A DNA stretch of 64,000 bases from Flavobacteriales bacterium (GTDB lineage: Bacteria > Bacteroidota > Bacteroidia > Flavobacteriales > UBA7430), in the NCBI GenBank assembly GCA_002692065.1, contig NZJX01000011.1, forward strand, positions 786 through 64,785. The letters run 5' to 3'. The position numbers and the translations under genes were made by a program. Of the stretch, positions 8,995 to 19,300 are shown one piece after another. The notes below the pieces were generated by a model that saw only the letters and a program-made list of their open reading frames with translations, was not told where the DNA came from and made no database searches. How positions within the stretch are numbered: position 1 is the stretch's first letter; each line of letters opens with the position of its first letter.

Positions 8995-10861
8995 TGTAAT
9001 ATGTAAATGCTTTATTAACAAATCTATTCCCACCTTTCGTTGGGTAATCTCCTGAAAAATACCAATCTCCAATATGATTTGGACAGGCCTCGTGAAGCTT
9101 TATTAAATCCTGAAAAATAATTTCAACTTTGCATGAAATATTATCTGGTGTTATAAATTTAGTTATCATATTAGAAATTTCACTATACTCAAACTGTTCA
9201 TATATTTTTTTTACAAAATTTATTTTATCTCCTGAAGAATCATTTAAGCTCGTTTTACACCTGGTATAAACTTCATCAATTAACTTATCCATTTTCCTCT
9301 CTTTTAATAATTGAATAGCAGCTTTAAAAGCAACTAAATTATCTAATTTTGACATATCGATACCATAACAATCAGGATATCTAATTTGAGGAGCTGAAGA
9401 CACAATAACTATTTTCTTTGGATTTAACCTTGATAAAATATTTAATATACTTTTCTTCAATGTGGTCCCTCTTACAATACTATCATCAATGATGACTAAA
9501 TTATCAGAATTTTTAATTTGACCATAAGTGATATCATACACATGAGTAACTAAACTATCTCTATTAGAATCATCCGCAATAAAAGTTCTGAGTTTAGCGT
9601 CTTTGATTGCTATTTTTTCTATTCTTGGGCCAGAGAAAACTATTTCCTCTAAATTACTTAAATTTTTATTTTCTAATTTTAATAGTTTTTCTAGTTGACT
9701 CTTTTTATTTAATTTATCGATTCGGTCTATCATTCCATAAAATGCAGTTTCAGAAGTATTTGGTATAAAAGAAAATACTGTATTTTTTAAATCATTTTTA
9801 ATCGAGTGTAAAATTTTATCTGCTAAAAAATTTCCTAACTTTTTTCTTTCTGAATATATTTCAGCATCATTTCCTCTTGAAAAGTAAATTCTTTCAAATG
9901 AACACGAAAGTTTTTTTTGAGGATTAACTATTACTTCATTATAAACTGTTCCATTTTTTTTAATAATAATAGCTGTTCCAGGAGATATCTCATGAATTTT
10001 ATTTTGGTTCACATTCATAGCAGTTTGTATTACAGCTCTTTCGGAAGCTACAATAACTATTTCATCATCTTTATAAAAATATCCTGGTCTAATTCCAGAC
10101 GGATCCCTTAATGCAAAACAATCTCCATGACCAAATAGTCCACAAATTAAGTATCCCCCATCCCATTTTTTTGCAGAATTAACTAAAACATCCTTAACGT
10201 TAATTTTGTTTGCAATTTCATTAGCTAATTCCTGTCTATCTTGAAATTTATTTTTTAAATTATTAAATATTTTACTATTTTCTTCATCAAGAAAGTGACC
10301 AATTTTTTCTAGTATTGTTACCGTATCTGACTTATCTTTAGGGTGTTGACCCAAATCAATCAATTGATTAAAGAGTTCATCTACATTTGTCATATTAAAA
10401 TTACCTGCTAGAACTAAATTTCTTGACTTCCAGTTATTTTGCCTTAAAAAAGGATGGCAATTTTCAATACTATTACCTCCATAAGTACCATATCTCAAAT
10501 GTCCTAAAAAAATTTCTCCTGAAAAAGGCATATTATCTTTTAACCATTTAACATCATTAATTTTCGTTGGGTGAGTTTTGCTTACATTATCAAATTTGTC
10601 ATCTATATATTTAAAAACTTCTCTAACTGGATTTTGTAAATTAGTCCTATACCTGCTAATATATCTTTTACCAGGTGGTACATTCAATTTAATATTTGCC
10701 AGGCCGGCTCCATCTTGCCCTCTATTTACTTGTTTTTGCATTAGTAAATACATTTTATTTAGGGCATACCTTGCAGTATTATATTTTTTTTTATAAAAGT
10801 TTAATGGTTTCAATAATCTAATCATTGCTACTCCACACTCATGTTTAATATCGTCACTCAT
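8966..10861 (-). CDS. purF: Amidophosphoribosyltransferase (long Bacteroidota form)
   Basis: N-terminal nucleophile context MSDDIKHE-CGVAMIRL, Ntn-amidotransferase domain, PRPP loop VIIDDSIVRGTT. ATG 10861 was chosen because it removes the overlap with the upstream gene. Confidence 0.9.
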   Translation of the reverse strand: MSDDIKHECGVAMIRLLKPLNFYKKKYNTARYALNKMYLLMQKQVNRGQDGAGLANIKLNVPPGKRYISRYRTNLQNPVREVFKYIDDKFDNVSKTHPTKINDVKWLKDNMPFSGEIFLGHLRYGTYGGNSIENCHPFLRQNNWKSRNLVLAGNFNMTNVDELFNQLIDLGQHPKDKSDTVTILEKIGHFLDEENSKIFNNLKNKFQDRQELANEIANKINVKDVLVNSAKKWDGGYLICGLFGHGDCFALRDPSGIRPGYFYKDDEIVIVASERAVIQTAMNVNQNKIHEISPGTAIIIKKNGTVYNEVIVNPQKKLSCSFERIYFSRGNDAEIYSERKKLGNFLADKILHSIKNDLKNTVFSFIPNTSETAFYGMIDRIDKLNKKSQLEKLLKLENKNLSNLEEIVFSGPRIEKIAIKDAKLRTFIADDSNRDSLVTHVYDITYGQIKNSDNLVIIDDSIVRGTTLKKSILNILSRLNPKKIVIVSSAPQIRYPDCYGIDMSKLDNLVAFKAAIQLLKERKMDKLIDEVYTRCKTSLNDSSGDKINFVKKIYEQFEYSEISNMITKFITPDNISCKVEIIFQDLIKLHEACPNHIGDWYFSGDYPTKGGNRFVNKAFTYYIEGIKKRAY

Positions 10862-10869
10862 AAATAAAT

Positions 10870-11886
10870 TTAAATAAAGTCTTTTTTTTTCATATTTAAC
10901 CACTCTAAGGCATTAGAGCATAATAATTTTCTTTTAATTTTAATGTCAGAATAAGTATCATTTATTAACTTACCTGGCTTCAATTCTCCAAGAGGAAATG
11001 GATAATCTGTTCCAAGTAAAACCTTATTTTCCCCAACTAAATCTACTATATATTTTAACATTTTATCACTGTGAACAAGACTATCTAACCAAAATTTACC
11101 TAAATATTCTTTAGGATTTATTTTATTATCAACTGCAACCAAATCAGGTCTTACATTAAATCCATGCTCAATTCTTCCGATTGTTCCTGGGAAAGAGCCA
11201 CCCCCGTGAGCAAATGCAACTCTTAAATTTGGAAGTTTTTGAAAAGTTCCACTAAATATTAACGAGCAAATTGCCAAAGAAGTTTCCATAGGCATTCCAA
11301 CTAACCAAGATAACCAGTATTTTTCCATTTTATTTTTTGACATCCACCACCACGGATGAATAAATACAGACATATCTAAATCTTGACATGCTTGAAAAAC
11401 AGGAAAAATTGAATAATGATCTAAATTAAACTCATTTACATGGGATCCTATTTGAACACCTTTTAATCCTATTTTTTTACATCTTTCTAATTCTTTAATT
11501 GATAAATCGGTACTTTGAAGAGGTAAGTTACCTAAACCTACAAATCTTTTTGAATTTAAACTAACTTTTTCCGCAATATCATCATTTAAAAATTTAGAAA
11601 TTTCCAGACCATCTTTTGGTTTAGTCCAATATGAAAACATGACAGGTACAGTTGATAAAACTTGAATATTTATATTAAAATTATTACAATCATGAATTCT
11701 TGAATTAATATCCCAACAATTGGATTGAACCTCTCTAAAAAACTTGTCATTCATCATCATTTTTGCACAACAATTTTTATGATGATTTAATCTTATATAC
11801 TCTCCATAACCAAATTTTTTATTGAAATTTGGGATATTTTTTGGCAAAATATGAGTATGAATATCTATTGAAAATAAATTCTCCAT
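10870..11886 (-). CDS. nbaD: 2-amino-3-carboxymuconate-6-semialdehyde decarboxylase (ACMSD, amidohydrolase_2)
   Basis: Metal-binding IDIHTHILP at the N-terminus, FAHGGG, LGTDYPFPLGE. Located directly downstream of the 3-HAO gene. I used ATG 11886; the track's TTG 11907 overlaps the upstream gene. Confidence 0.8.
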   Translation of the reverse strand: MENLFSIDIHTHILPKNIPNFNKKFGYGEYIRLNHHKNCCAKMMMNDKFFREVQSNCWDINSRIHDCNNFNINIQVLSTVPVMFSYWTKPKDGLEISKFLNDDIAEKVSLNSKRFVGLGNLPLQSTDLSIKELERCKKIGLKGVQIGSHVNEFNLDHYSIFPVFQACQDLDMSVFIHPWWWMSKNKMEKYWLSWLVGMPMETSLAICSLIFSGTFQKLPNLRVAFAHGGGSFPGTIGRIEHGFNVRPDLVAVDNKINPKEYLGKFWLDSLVHSDKMLKYIVDLVGENKVLLGTDYPFPLGELKPGKLINDTYSDIKIKRKLLCSNALEWLNMKKKDFI

Positions 11887-11887
11887 T

Positions 11888-12409
11888 CTATATGAACCTA
11901 GAGTCAATATCCATTATAAAGTTACAATTTTTACATTTTCTTAAAAACTCTGAATTATAAAATTTTTTAAAAACTGGATTAAAGTCCTTTTCAATATTCT
12001 TCAAATGAAAATATTCTTCAAATATTTTTTCATTACAATTTTCACAAAACCAAATTAATCCATCTTTGTCTTTATTTGTCCTAACTTTTTCAATAACTAA
12101 TCCAATAGAACCCTTTGGGCGAACAGGAGAGTGAGGAATTTTTGCTGGGAGTAAAAACATATCTCCTTCATTTACTTTTATATTAACTAATTTGTTATTT
12201 TGCTGAGTTAATATATTTATATTGCCTTCTATTTGATAGAATAATTCTTCACTTTCATTATAATGATAATCTTTTCTCGAGTTTGGCCCTGCAACAACCA
12301 TTACAATAAAATCGCCTGCTTTATTATATAAATTTTTATTACCAATAGGAGGTTTTAAAATTGATCTATTTTCATCTATCCATTTATTCAAATTAAAAGG
12401 GTTTTCCAT
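11888..12409 (-). CDS. nbaC: 3-hydroxyanthranilate 3,4-dioxygenase
   Basis: 173-aa cupin with HYNESEELFYQIEG and IPHSPVR iron ligand regions, plus a C-terminal rubredoxin-like CENC...CKNC site. Confidence 0.85.
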   Translation of the reverse strand: MENPFNLNKWIDENRSILKPPIGNKNLYNKAGDFIVMVVAGPNSRKDYHYNESEELFYQIEGNINILTQQNNKLVNIKVNEGDMFLLPAKIPHSPVRPKGSIGLVIEKVRTNKDKDGLIWFCENCNEKIFEEYFHLKNIEKDFNPVFKKFYNSEFLRKCKNCNFIMDIDSRFI

Positions 12410-12550
12410 TTTTTAATTTTTGAGCAATATACTAATTAGATTTTAAAAATTAATTTGTATCTAATAAATATTTGTGCAATGTTTTTTTTTATATAATTAA
12501 TATTAACTTAGTTTTTAATTTATTTTAAGTATAAATCAATAAAATTTAAA

Positions 12551-13336
12551 ATGGATTTTTCATTAAAAAATAAAACTGCCATTGTTTGTGGTGCTTCTCA
12601 AGGAATTGGTAAATCAACTGCAATAAAATTTGCAAAACTTGGTGCATCCTTAATACTTATTTCAAGGAATGAATTAAATCTTAAAAAAGTTTTAAAGAAC
12701 TTAAAAACAGAAGATCATCAAAAACACGATTACTTGGTTTGTGATTTTCAAAATACTGATGAATTAAAAAAGAAAGTTAAACTTTTAACCTCAAAATACT
12801 CAATTGATATACTAATCAATAACTCAGGTGGGCCAAAGTCAGGTCCAATTCATTCTGCCCAACCTAAAGAATTTATAAATGCATTTAACCAACACCTAAT
12901 ATGTAATCATATCTTAGTTCAAAGTGTTTTAGATAATATGATAAATAAAAAATTTGGCAGAATTATTAATATTATTTCAACTTCTGTTAAAGAACCGATC
13001 GATAACCTTGGTGTATCAAACACTATTCGATCAGCAGTTGCTAATTGGGCTAAAACTTTGTCTAAAGAAATTGGAAAATATAATATTACTGTAAATAATA
13101 TTCTCCCAGGGGCAACTAATACTGATAGATTAAGCTCAATTATAAAAAATAGATCATATATGACAGGTAATTCATTTGAAAATGAAAAAAAAAATATAAT
13201 TGATAAAATCCCAATGAACAGAATTGGTCATCCTGAGGAAATATCTGATGGTATTGCATTCTTAGCCTCTTCATCTGCCTCTTATATAAACGGTATTAAT
13301 TTAGTTATTGATGGAGGAAGAATGTCAAGCTTTTAA
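12551..13336 (+). CDS. Atypical short-chain dehydrogenase/reductase (catalytic YxxxK replaced by NTIR)
   Basis: Rossmann motif CGASQGIGKS, NNSGG, IISTS. At the position of the catalytic Tyr/Lys the sequence reads GVSNTIRSAV. Confidence 0.8.
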   Translation: MDFSLKNKTAIVCGASQGIGKSTAIKFAKLGASLILISRNELNLKKVLKNLKTEDHQKHDYLVCDFQNTDELKKKVKLLTSKYSIDILINNSGGPKSGPIHSAQPKEFINAFNQHLICNHILVQSVLDNMINKKFGRIINIISTSVKEPIDNLGVSNTIRSAVANWAKTLSKEIGKYNITVNNILPGATNTDRLSSIIKNRSYMTGNSFENEKKNIIDKIPMNRIGHPEEISDGIAFLASSSASYINGINLVIDGGRMSSF

Positions 13337-13338
13337 TT

Positions 13339-14784
13339 ATGGAAAAAATAAAAAATTTTATTGGAGGTAAGTTTTTAACTCCAATATCAAAAAAATATTT
13401 AGAAAATTATGATCCTGCCAAAGGAGAAATATATTCTCTTGTTCCTGATAGTGATTCTAGAGATATAAAAACAGCAGTTGATATGAGCAGTTCTGTTTTT
13501 CCTTTTTGGTCTAATTTACCTTTGAAAGATAGATCAAATTATTTGATGAAAATTGCTCATGAAATTGAGAAAAATTTGGAAATGCTAGCTATAGCAGAAT
13601 CGAAAGATAATGGGAAACCTCTATGGTTATGTAAATCAGTTGATATACCAAGAGCTGCATCTAATTTCAAATTTTTTGCCTCTTGTATAACTCAATTTTC
13701 ATCAAAATTCTATCATACCTCAAGTAATGTTTATAATTATGTTCTGAAACAACCAATAGGAATAGCTGGATGTATATCTCCATGGAATCTTCCTTTATAT
13801 TTACTAACTTGGAAAATTGCACCTGCTCTAGCTGCAGGAAATTGTGTCATTGCAAAACCATCAGAATTAACACCAATGACAGCACACTTACTTGCAAAAA
13901 TTTGTAAGAAGATTGAATTGCCTGATGGAGTTTTAAATATAATTCATGGAAGAGGAGAGAATGTTGGTGAAGAAATTGTACAAAATAAAAATATTCCTGT
14001 AATTTCATTTACTGGAGGAACCAAAACAGGTAAAAAAATAGCTGTTAACTGTGCAACTAGAATGAAAAAATTTTCTTTGGAATTAGGTGGTAAAAATCCA
14101 AATATAATTTTTTCTGACTGCAACTTTGATCTTGCCCTAAAAACTACGATTAAATCTTCTTTTTCAAATCAAGGTCAAATATGTTTGTGCGGGTCGAGGA
14201 TTTTTATTCAAAAAAAAATTTACAAAAAATTTGTCAAAGAATTCGTTAAAGAGACTAAAAAAATAATTGTTGGACCTCCTTCTGAAAAAAAATCTCAGCT
14301 TGGAGCTCTAATATCTGAAAATCACCTAAAAAAAATTGAATATTATGTAGATTTAGCAAAAAAAGAGGGAGGTAAAATATTAACTGGGGGTGAAAAAGTT
14401 AATTTATCTGGAAAATTTTCTAAAGGATATTATTATAAACCAACCATAATAGAAGGTTTAGATATGAACTGTAAAGTTAATAAAGAAGAAATATTTGGTC
14501 CTGTTGTAACTGTTATTCCATTTGACAGTGAGCAGGAAGTTATATTTCTTGCAAATCAATCAGATTATGGATTATCATCATCAATTTGGACAGAAAATTT
14601 AACTACCGCTCACAAAGTTTCATCTAAATTAGATTCAGGTATAATCTGGGTTAACTCCTGGTTATTAAGAGACCTTAGAACTCCCTTTGGTGGAATGAAA
14701 AATTCAGGTATTGGGAGAGAAGGGGGATATAAATCTCTTGAATTTTTCACAGAAACTAAAAATGTTTGTTTAAATTTTGATTAA
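13339..14784 (+). CDS. NAD-dependent aldehyde dehydrogenase, probable 2-aminomuconate-6-semialdehyde dehydrogenase
   Basis: ALDH motifs FTGGTKTGK, ELGGKNP, catalytic Cys in NQGQICLCGSR. The specific substrate is inferred from context with 3-HAO and ACMSD. Confidence 0.75.
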   Translation: MEKIKNFIGGKFLTPISKKYLENYDPAKGEIYSLVPDSDSRDIKTAVDMSSSVFPFWSNLPLKDRSNYLMKIAHEIEKNLEMLAIAESKDNGKPLWLCKSVDIPRAASNFKFFASCITQFSSKFYHTSSNVYNYVLKQPIGIAGCISPWNLPLYLLTWKIAPALAAGNCVIAKPSELTPMTAHLLAKICKKIELPDGVLNIIHGRGENVGEEIVQNKNIPVISFTGGTKTGKKIAVNCATRMKKFSLELGGKNPNIIFSDCNFDLALKTTIKSSFSNQGQICLCGSRIFIQKKIYKKFVKEFVKETKKIIVGPPSEKKSQLGALISENHLKKIEYYVDLAKKEGGKILTGGEKVNLSGKFSKGYYYKPTIIEGLDMNCKVNKEEIFGPVVTVIPFDSEQEVIFLANQSDYGLSSSIWTENLTTAHKVSSKLDSGIIWVNSWLLRDLRTPFGGMKNSGIGREGGYKSLEFFTETKNVCLNFD

Positions 14785-14785
14785 A

Positions 14786-15940
14786 ATGAAAAAAATTATT
14801 TTTTTTACAATACTTTTTTCTTCAAAAGTTTTTTCTCAAATAGACTGTGAAATTCCAATACCAAATCTTAACATAAATACTGGGAATAACATGACTGTAA
14901 TGTTACACAGTAACTTCATATCTTCAGTAGAATTTGAATCTGATAATCCATTTTTAATTGTTTATAACAATTCAAATGAATTAGTTTTAGGATTAAGTCT
15001 TCTTGGTACAGAAGATTTAATCAATGGGTCTCAAGCTCTAACAATTTGGGGTGACGATAGTATTACTCCTGAGATTGATGGGGCTACTAATGGTGAAAAT
15101 TTAATTATTAGAATCGTAGATGGAGTCAAAATTTATGATGTAAATCAAATAATTCAACTTCTAAATTCGGGTCAAACTTCTTTGATTGATAATCTTTCAT
15201 ATAGTAGTAATGGTATTCAAATAGTTTATTCTGCTGAATTAACTTTAAATTGCATTGGGGAAATTTATGGATGTATGGATGAGAATGCTTGTAATTTTGA
15301 TATTTATGCAACTGAAAATATAAACTGCGTTTATCCTAATGAATTCTATAATTGTTCAGGTAATTGTTTAAATGATTATGATTTTGATGAAATTTGTGAT
15401 GAATTGGAAATATTTGGCTGTATTGAACCAATGGCTTGTAATTATAACTCATTTGCGACAGAAGAATTAATTTATGATGAATCAAACAATATTTTTTGTA
15501 TTTATCCAAATCAAAATAATTGTGAATCATGTTCAGGAGAAATTGATGGAAGTGGAACTATAATATATTTTGATAATGATTTCGACGATATTTGTGATAC
15601 AGTAGGTTGTTCCGATTTCTCTGCTTTAAATTTCAATCCCTTTTCACTAATTGATGATGGGTCATGCGAATATCTTGATTTAGTAAATGAAAAAAAAATT
15701 GAAATTTCAGTTTTTCCCAATCCTACAAAAAATAATTTATTCATTGAAGGAAATATGTCTTCAAGTATAATAGAATTTTTAATTTTTGATAGATTTGGTA
15801 ATTTGATTTTGAAAAAAAATAAAGAAAAAAATAATAACCTTAAACAAAGATTAGATATTTCCGATTTAACTTCTGGTTTTTATTTTTTGAAAATTCAAGT
15901 TCATAAAAAAACTATTTATAAAAAATTTGTAAAACATTAA
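14786..15940 (+). CDS. Secreted Cys-rich repeat protein with T9SS C-terminal sorting domain
   Basis: Signal peptide MKKIIFFTILFSSKVFS|Q. Three GCxDxxAxN(Y/F)(N/D) modules. The C-terminus (ISVFPNPTKNNLFIEG...LTSGFYFLKIQV...KKFVKH) matches the T9SS type A CTD pattern. ATG 14786 is preferred to TTG 14777. Confidence 0.8.
   Translation: MKKIIFFTILFSSKVFSQIDCEIPIPNLNINTGNNMTVMLHSNFISSVEFESDNPFLIVYNNSNELVLGLSLLGTEDLINGSQALTIWGDDSITPEIDGATNGENLIIRIVDGVKIYDVNQIIQLLNSGQTSLIDNLSYSSNGIQIVYSAELTLNCIGEIYGCMDENACNFDIYATENINCVYPNEFYNCSGNCLNDYDFDEICDELEIFGCIEPMACNYNSFATEELIYDESNNIFCIYPNQNNCESCSGEIDGSGTIIYFDNDFDDICDTVGCSDFSALNFNPFSLIDDGSCEYLDLVNEKKIEISVFPNPTKNNLFIEGNMSSSIIEFLIFDRFGNLILKKNKEKNNNLKQRLDISDLTSGFYFLKIQVHKKTIYKKFVKH
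15269..15674 (+). repeat. Three tandem Cys-rich protein modules inside the T9SS cargo gene
   Basis: The modules are GCMDENACNFDIYATENINCVYP, GCIEPMACNYNSFATEE..FCIYP and GCSDFSALNFNPFSLIDDGSCEY. They are interleaved with two CxGxC..DxDxDxICD acidic motifs. Confidence 0.7.
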
Positions 15941-15956
15941 AATTAATAATTCTAAA

Positions 15957-16382
15957 ATGCAATTAATAAAAGATTCGTTCGATTCAAATAATGCACCTGA
16001 ACCAGTTGGTGCATATCCTCACTCTCGTAGAGTTGGGAATTTACTTTTTTTGTCTGGAGTTGGTCCAAGAGTTAGAAACTCGAATAAAATTCCTGGAGTT
16101 GAAATGGATAAAAAGGGGAAAGTTATTTCATATGATATTGAAAAACAATGTGTTTCAGTTTTTAATAATATTAAAAGTATTTTAGAAGATTCCGGTTCCC
16201 ATTGGGAAAATATAATTGATGTAACTGTCTTTTTAACTAATATGAAATCTGATTTTAAAATTTATAATAAAGTTTATTCAGATTTTTTTAAAGATAATAA
16301 ACCCTGCAGAACAACAGTTGAAATATTATCACTCCCTACTCCAATTAATATTGAATTAAAAGTTATTGCTATTATTGATTAA
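15957..16382 (+). CDS. RidA/YjgF-family enamine/imine deaminase, candidate 2-aminomuconate deaminase
   Basis: 141-aa YjgF/RidA fold pattern (APEPVGAYPHSRRVGNLLFLSG ... CRTTVE). The deaminase role is inferred from cluster context. Confidence 0.75.
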   Translation: MQLIKDSFDSNNAPEPVGAYPHSRRVGNLLFLSGVGPRVRNSNKIPGVEMDKKGKVISYDIEKQCVSVFNNIKSILEDSGSHWENIIDVTVFLTNMKSDFKIYNKVYSDFFKDNKPCRTTVEILSLPTPINIELKVIAIID

Positions 16383-16390
16383 TTTATATC

Positions 16391-19300
16391 ATGAAAAAAT
16401 TTAAAGAATATAAATCATTAAACCTTCCTAATGATTCAAGAGAAATACTTGATTATTGGGAAAAACATAAAATTTTTGAAAAAAGTGTTAAAAAAAATTC
16501 TGTAAATAAACCTTATATTTTTTACGAAGGGCCTCCTTCAGCTAATGGTATGCCTGGAATTCATCATGTGATGGCAAGAACCATTAAAGATATTTTTTGT
16601 AGGTATAAAACTTTAAAAGGATTCTTAGTTGAAAGAAAAGCAGGATGGGATACTCATGGATTACCTGTTGAATTAAGTGTAGAAAAAGCACTAAACATTT
16701 CAAAAGAAGATATCGGAAATAAAATATCGATTGAGGAATATAATAATGAATGTAAAAAAACTGTTATGAAATATACTCATGTCTGGAATAAATTAACCTC
16801 TGACATGGGATACTGGGTTGATACTCAAAATCCGTATATAACTTATCAAAGTAAATATATGGAAAGTGTTTGGTCTATTTTATCTAAACTGTATGATAAA
16901 AATCTAATTTATAAAGGGTATACAATTCAACCTTTTTCTCCTGCTGCTGGCACGGGGTTAAGTTCACATGAATTAAACCAACCTGGATGTTATAAAATGA
17001 TTACTGATACTTCCGCCATTGCTCTTTTTGAATTAATACCTAGTTCAATTAAGTTTTCAAAACTCAAACAAATTAATTCTCCCGTATTTGCTTTGGCATG
17101 GACTACCACTCCTTGGACCCTTCCTTCTAATACTGCCTTGTGTGTTGGTGAAAATATTCAATATTCGCTGGTAGAAACATTTAACCAGTATGATGGAAAA
17201 AATATAATAATAATAATAGCAAAAAACTTAATCCACAAACAACTTGTTGGAAAGTACTTTCAAACTTCAGATGTCAAAGAATTTCAAAATTATAAACATT
17301 TAAATAAAAAAATTCCATTCAGAGTATTATTTGATTTTAAAGGAAAAGATATAGTTGGTGTAAAATATAAACAATTATTAAATTACGCTAAACCATATCA
17401 AGGTTGTGAAAATGCATTTAGAATTATTTCTGGTGATTTTGTAACAACTGATGATGGAACTGGAATTGTTCATATTGCTCCAACATTTGGTGCTGATGAC
17501 TCAATTGTTGCAAAAAAATTTAATATCCCCTCTTTGCTGGTGATGAATAAAAATAATCAACCAATTCCTATAGTTAATTTCCAGGGGAAATTTATTTCTG
17601 GTATGGGAGATTTATCTGGCATGTATGTTAAAAACGAATTCTATGAGAAGAATAACCGCCCAAAAAAATCTGTTGATGTTATAATAATCATTAATCTTAA
17701 AGTACAAAGTAAGTTATTTTATTCCCAAAAATATGAACATTCCTATCCACACTGTTGGAGAACAGATAAGCCGATATTATATTATCCACTTGACTCCTGG
17801 TTTATTAAAACTACAGAGTACAAAAATAAATTAATTAAACTGAATGATTCTATTAATTGGAAACCAAATTCGACTGGGATTGGAAGATTTAAAAATTGGC
17901 TTGAGAACCTAAATGACTGGAATCTTTCAAGATCTAGATTCTGGGGAATCCCAATTCCTATTTGGTCAACAAAAGATGAGAGTGAAAGAATCTGTATTGG
18001 TTCAATCGAGGAACTTTATAATGAATGTGAAAAATCATTAAAATATGGCATAATGAAACATAACCCTTTGAAAGATTTTGTTTTAGGAGATTTTAGTGAT
18101 ATTAATTATTCAAAAATAGACTTACATAAAAATTATGTTGATAAAATAATTTTATGCTCATCTGATTTTAAACCTATGTACAGAGAAAACGACCTTATAG
18201 ATGTTTGGTTTGATTCTGGATCTATGCCTTATGCTCAGCATCATTATCCTTTTGAAAATAAAAATTTAATTGATGAAAATAAAAATTTTCCTGCGGATTT
18301 TATCGCTGAAGGAGTAGATCAAACAAGAGGTTGGTTTTTCACTTTGCATGTAATATCTACAATGTGTTTCAATTCAGTAGCTTTTAAAAATGTAATTTCA
18401 AATGGGTTAGTACTTGATAAAAATGGTTCAAAAATGTCTAAAAGACTAGGGAATTCCATAGATCCATTTCTGACAATTAGTAAATATGGTCCTGACGCTA
18501 CAAGGTGGTATATGATTTCTAATTCTCAACCTTGGGATAATTTAAAATTTGATTTAGATGGTATAACTGAAATTCAAAGAAAATTTTTTGGGACATTACA
18601 TAATACATATTCATTTTTTGCATTATATGCTAACATAGACGGATTTAATTACTCTGAAAAAGAAATTGACTTTAAGAATAAACCTGAAATTGATAGGTGG
18701 ATAATTTCATCACTTAATTCATTATTACTTAAAGTTGAACTAGAATACGAAAATTATGAGCCAACTAAAGTTACTCGTTTAATTCAAAAATTTGTAACTG
18801 AAAATCTAAGTAATTGGTATGTAAGACTTTGTAGAAGGAGATTTTGGAAAGGAGATTATACTGAAGATAAAGTCTCAGCTTATCAGACACTATTTACCTG
18901 TCTAATTGAAATTTGTAAAATTTCATGCCCAATTTCTCCATTTTATTTTGATAAATTATACTTAGATTTAGTGAGTAGTTCAGACTACAATAAAAATTTA
19001 TCCGTTCATCTTTCTGAATTTCCAGTAATAAATTCAAAATTTATAGATTTAAGTTTGGAAAAAAGAATGAAGTTGGCCCAAAATATTTCCTCAATGGTAT
19101 TATCTCTTAGAAAAAAGGAGAAAATTAAAGTTAGACAACCATTGTCTAAAATTATAATTCTATCCTCGGACGAAGAAATTAACAGTGATATCATATCAAT
19201 AAGCCACTATATTTTAACTGAGGTAAATGTTAAGAAGATTGATTTTATGTCAAATAGTTCAGATATATTAAAGAAAAATATTAAACCCAATTTCAAAATA

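Noticed and set aside
12410-12550. Possible ncRNA, riboswitch or operator in the 141-nt divergent gap of the 3-HAA cluster
   Set aside because: The gap is almost pure A/T. It contains only short A/T palindromes (ttaatattaa, ttttaaaa), no exact TAnnTTTG on either strand, and no stem-forming G/C. Nothing distinguishes it from background.
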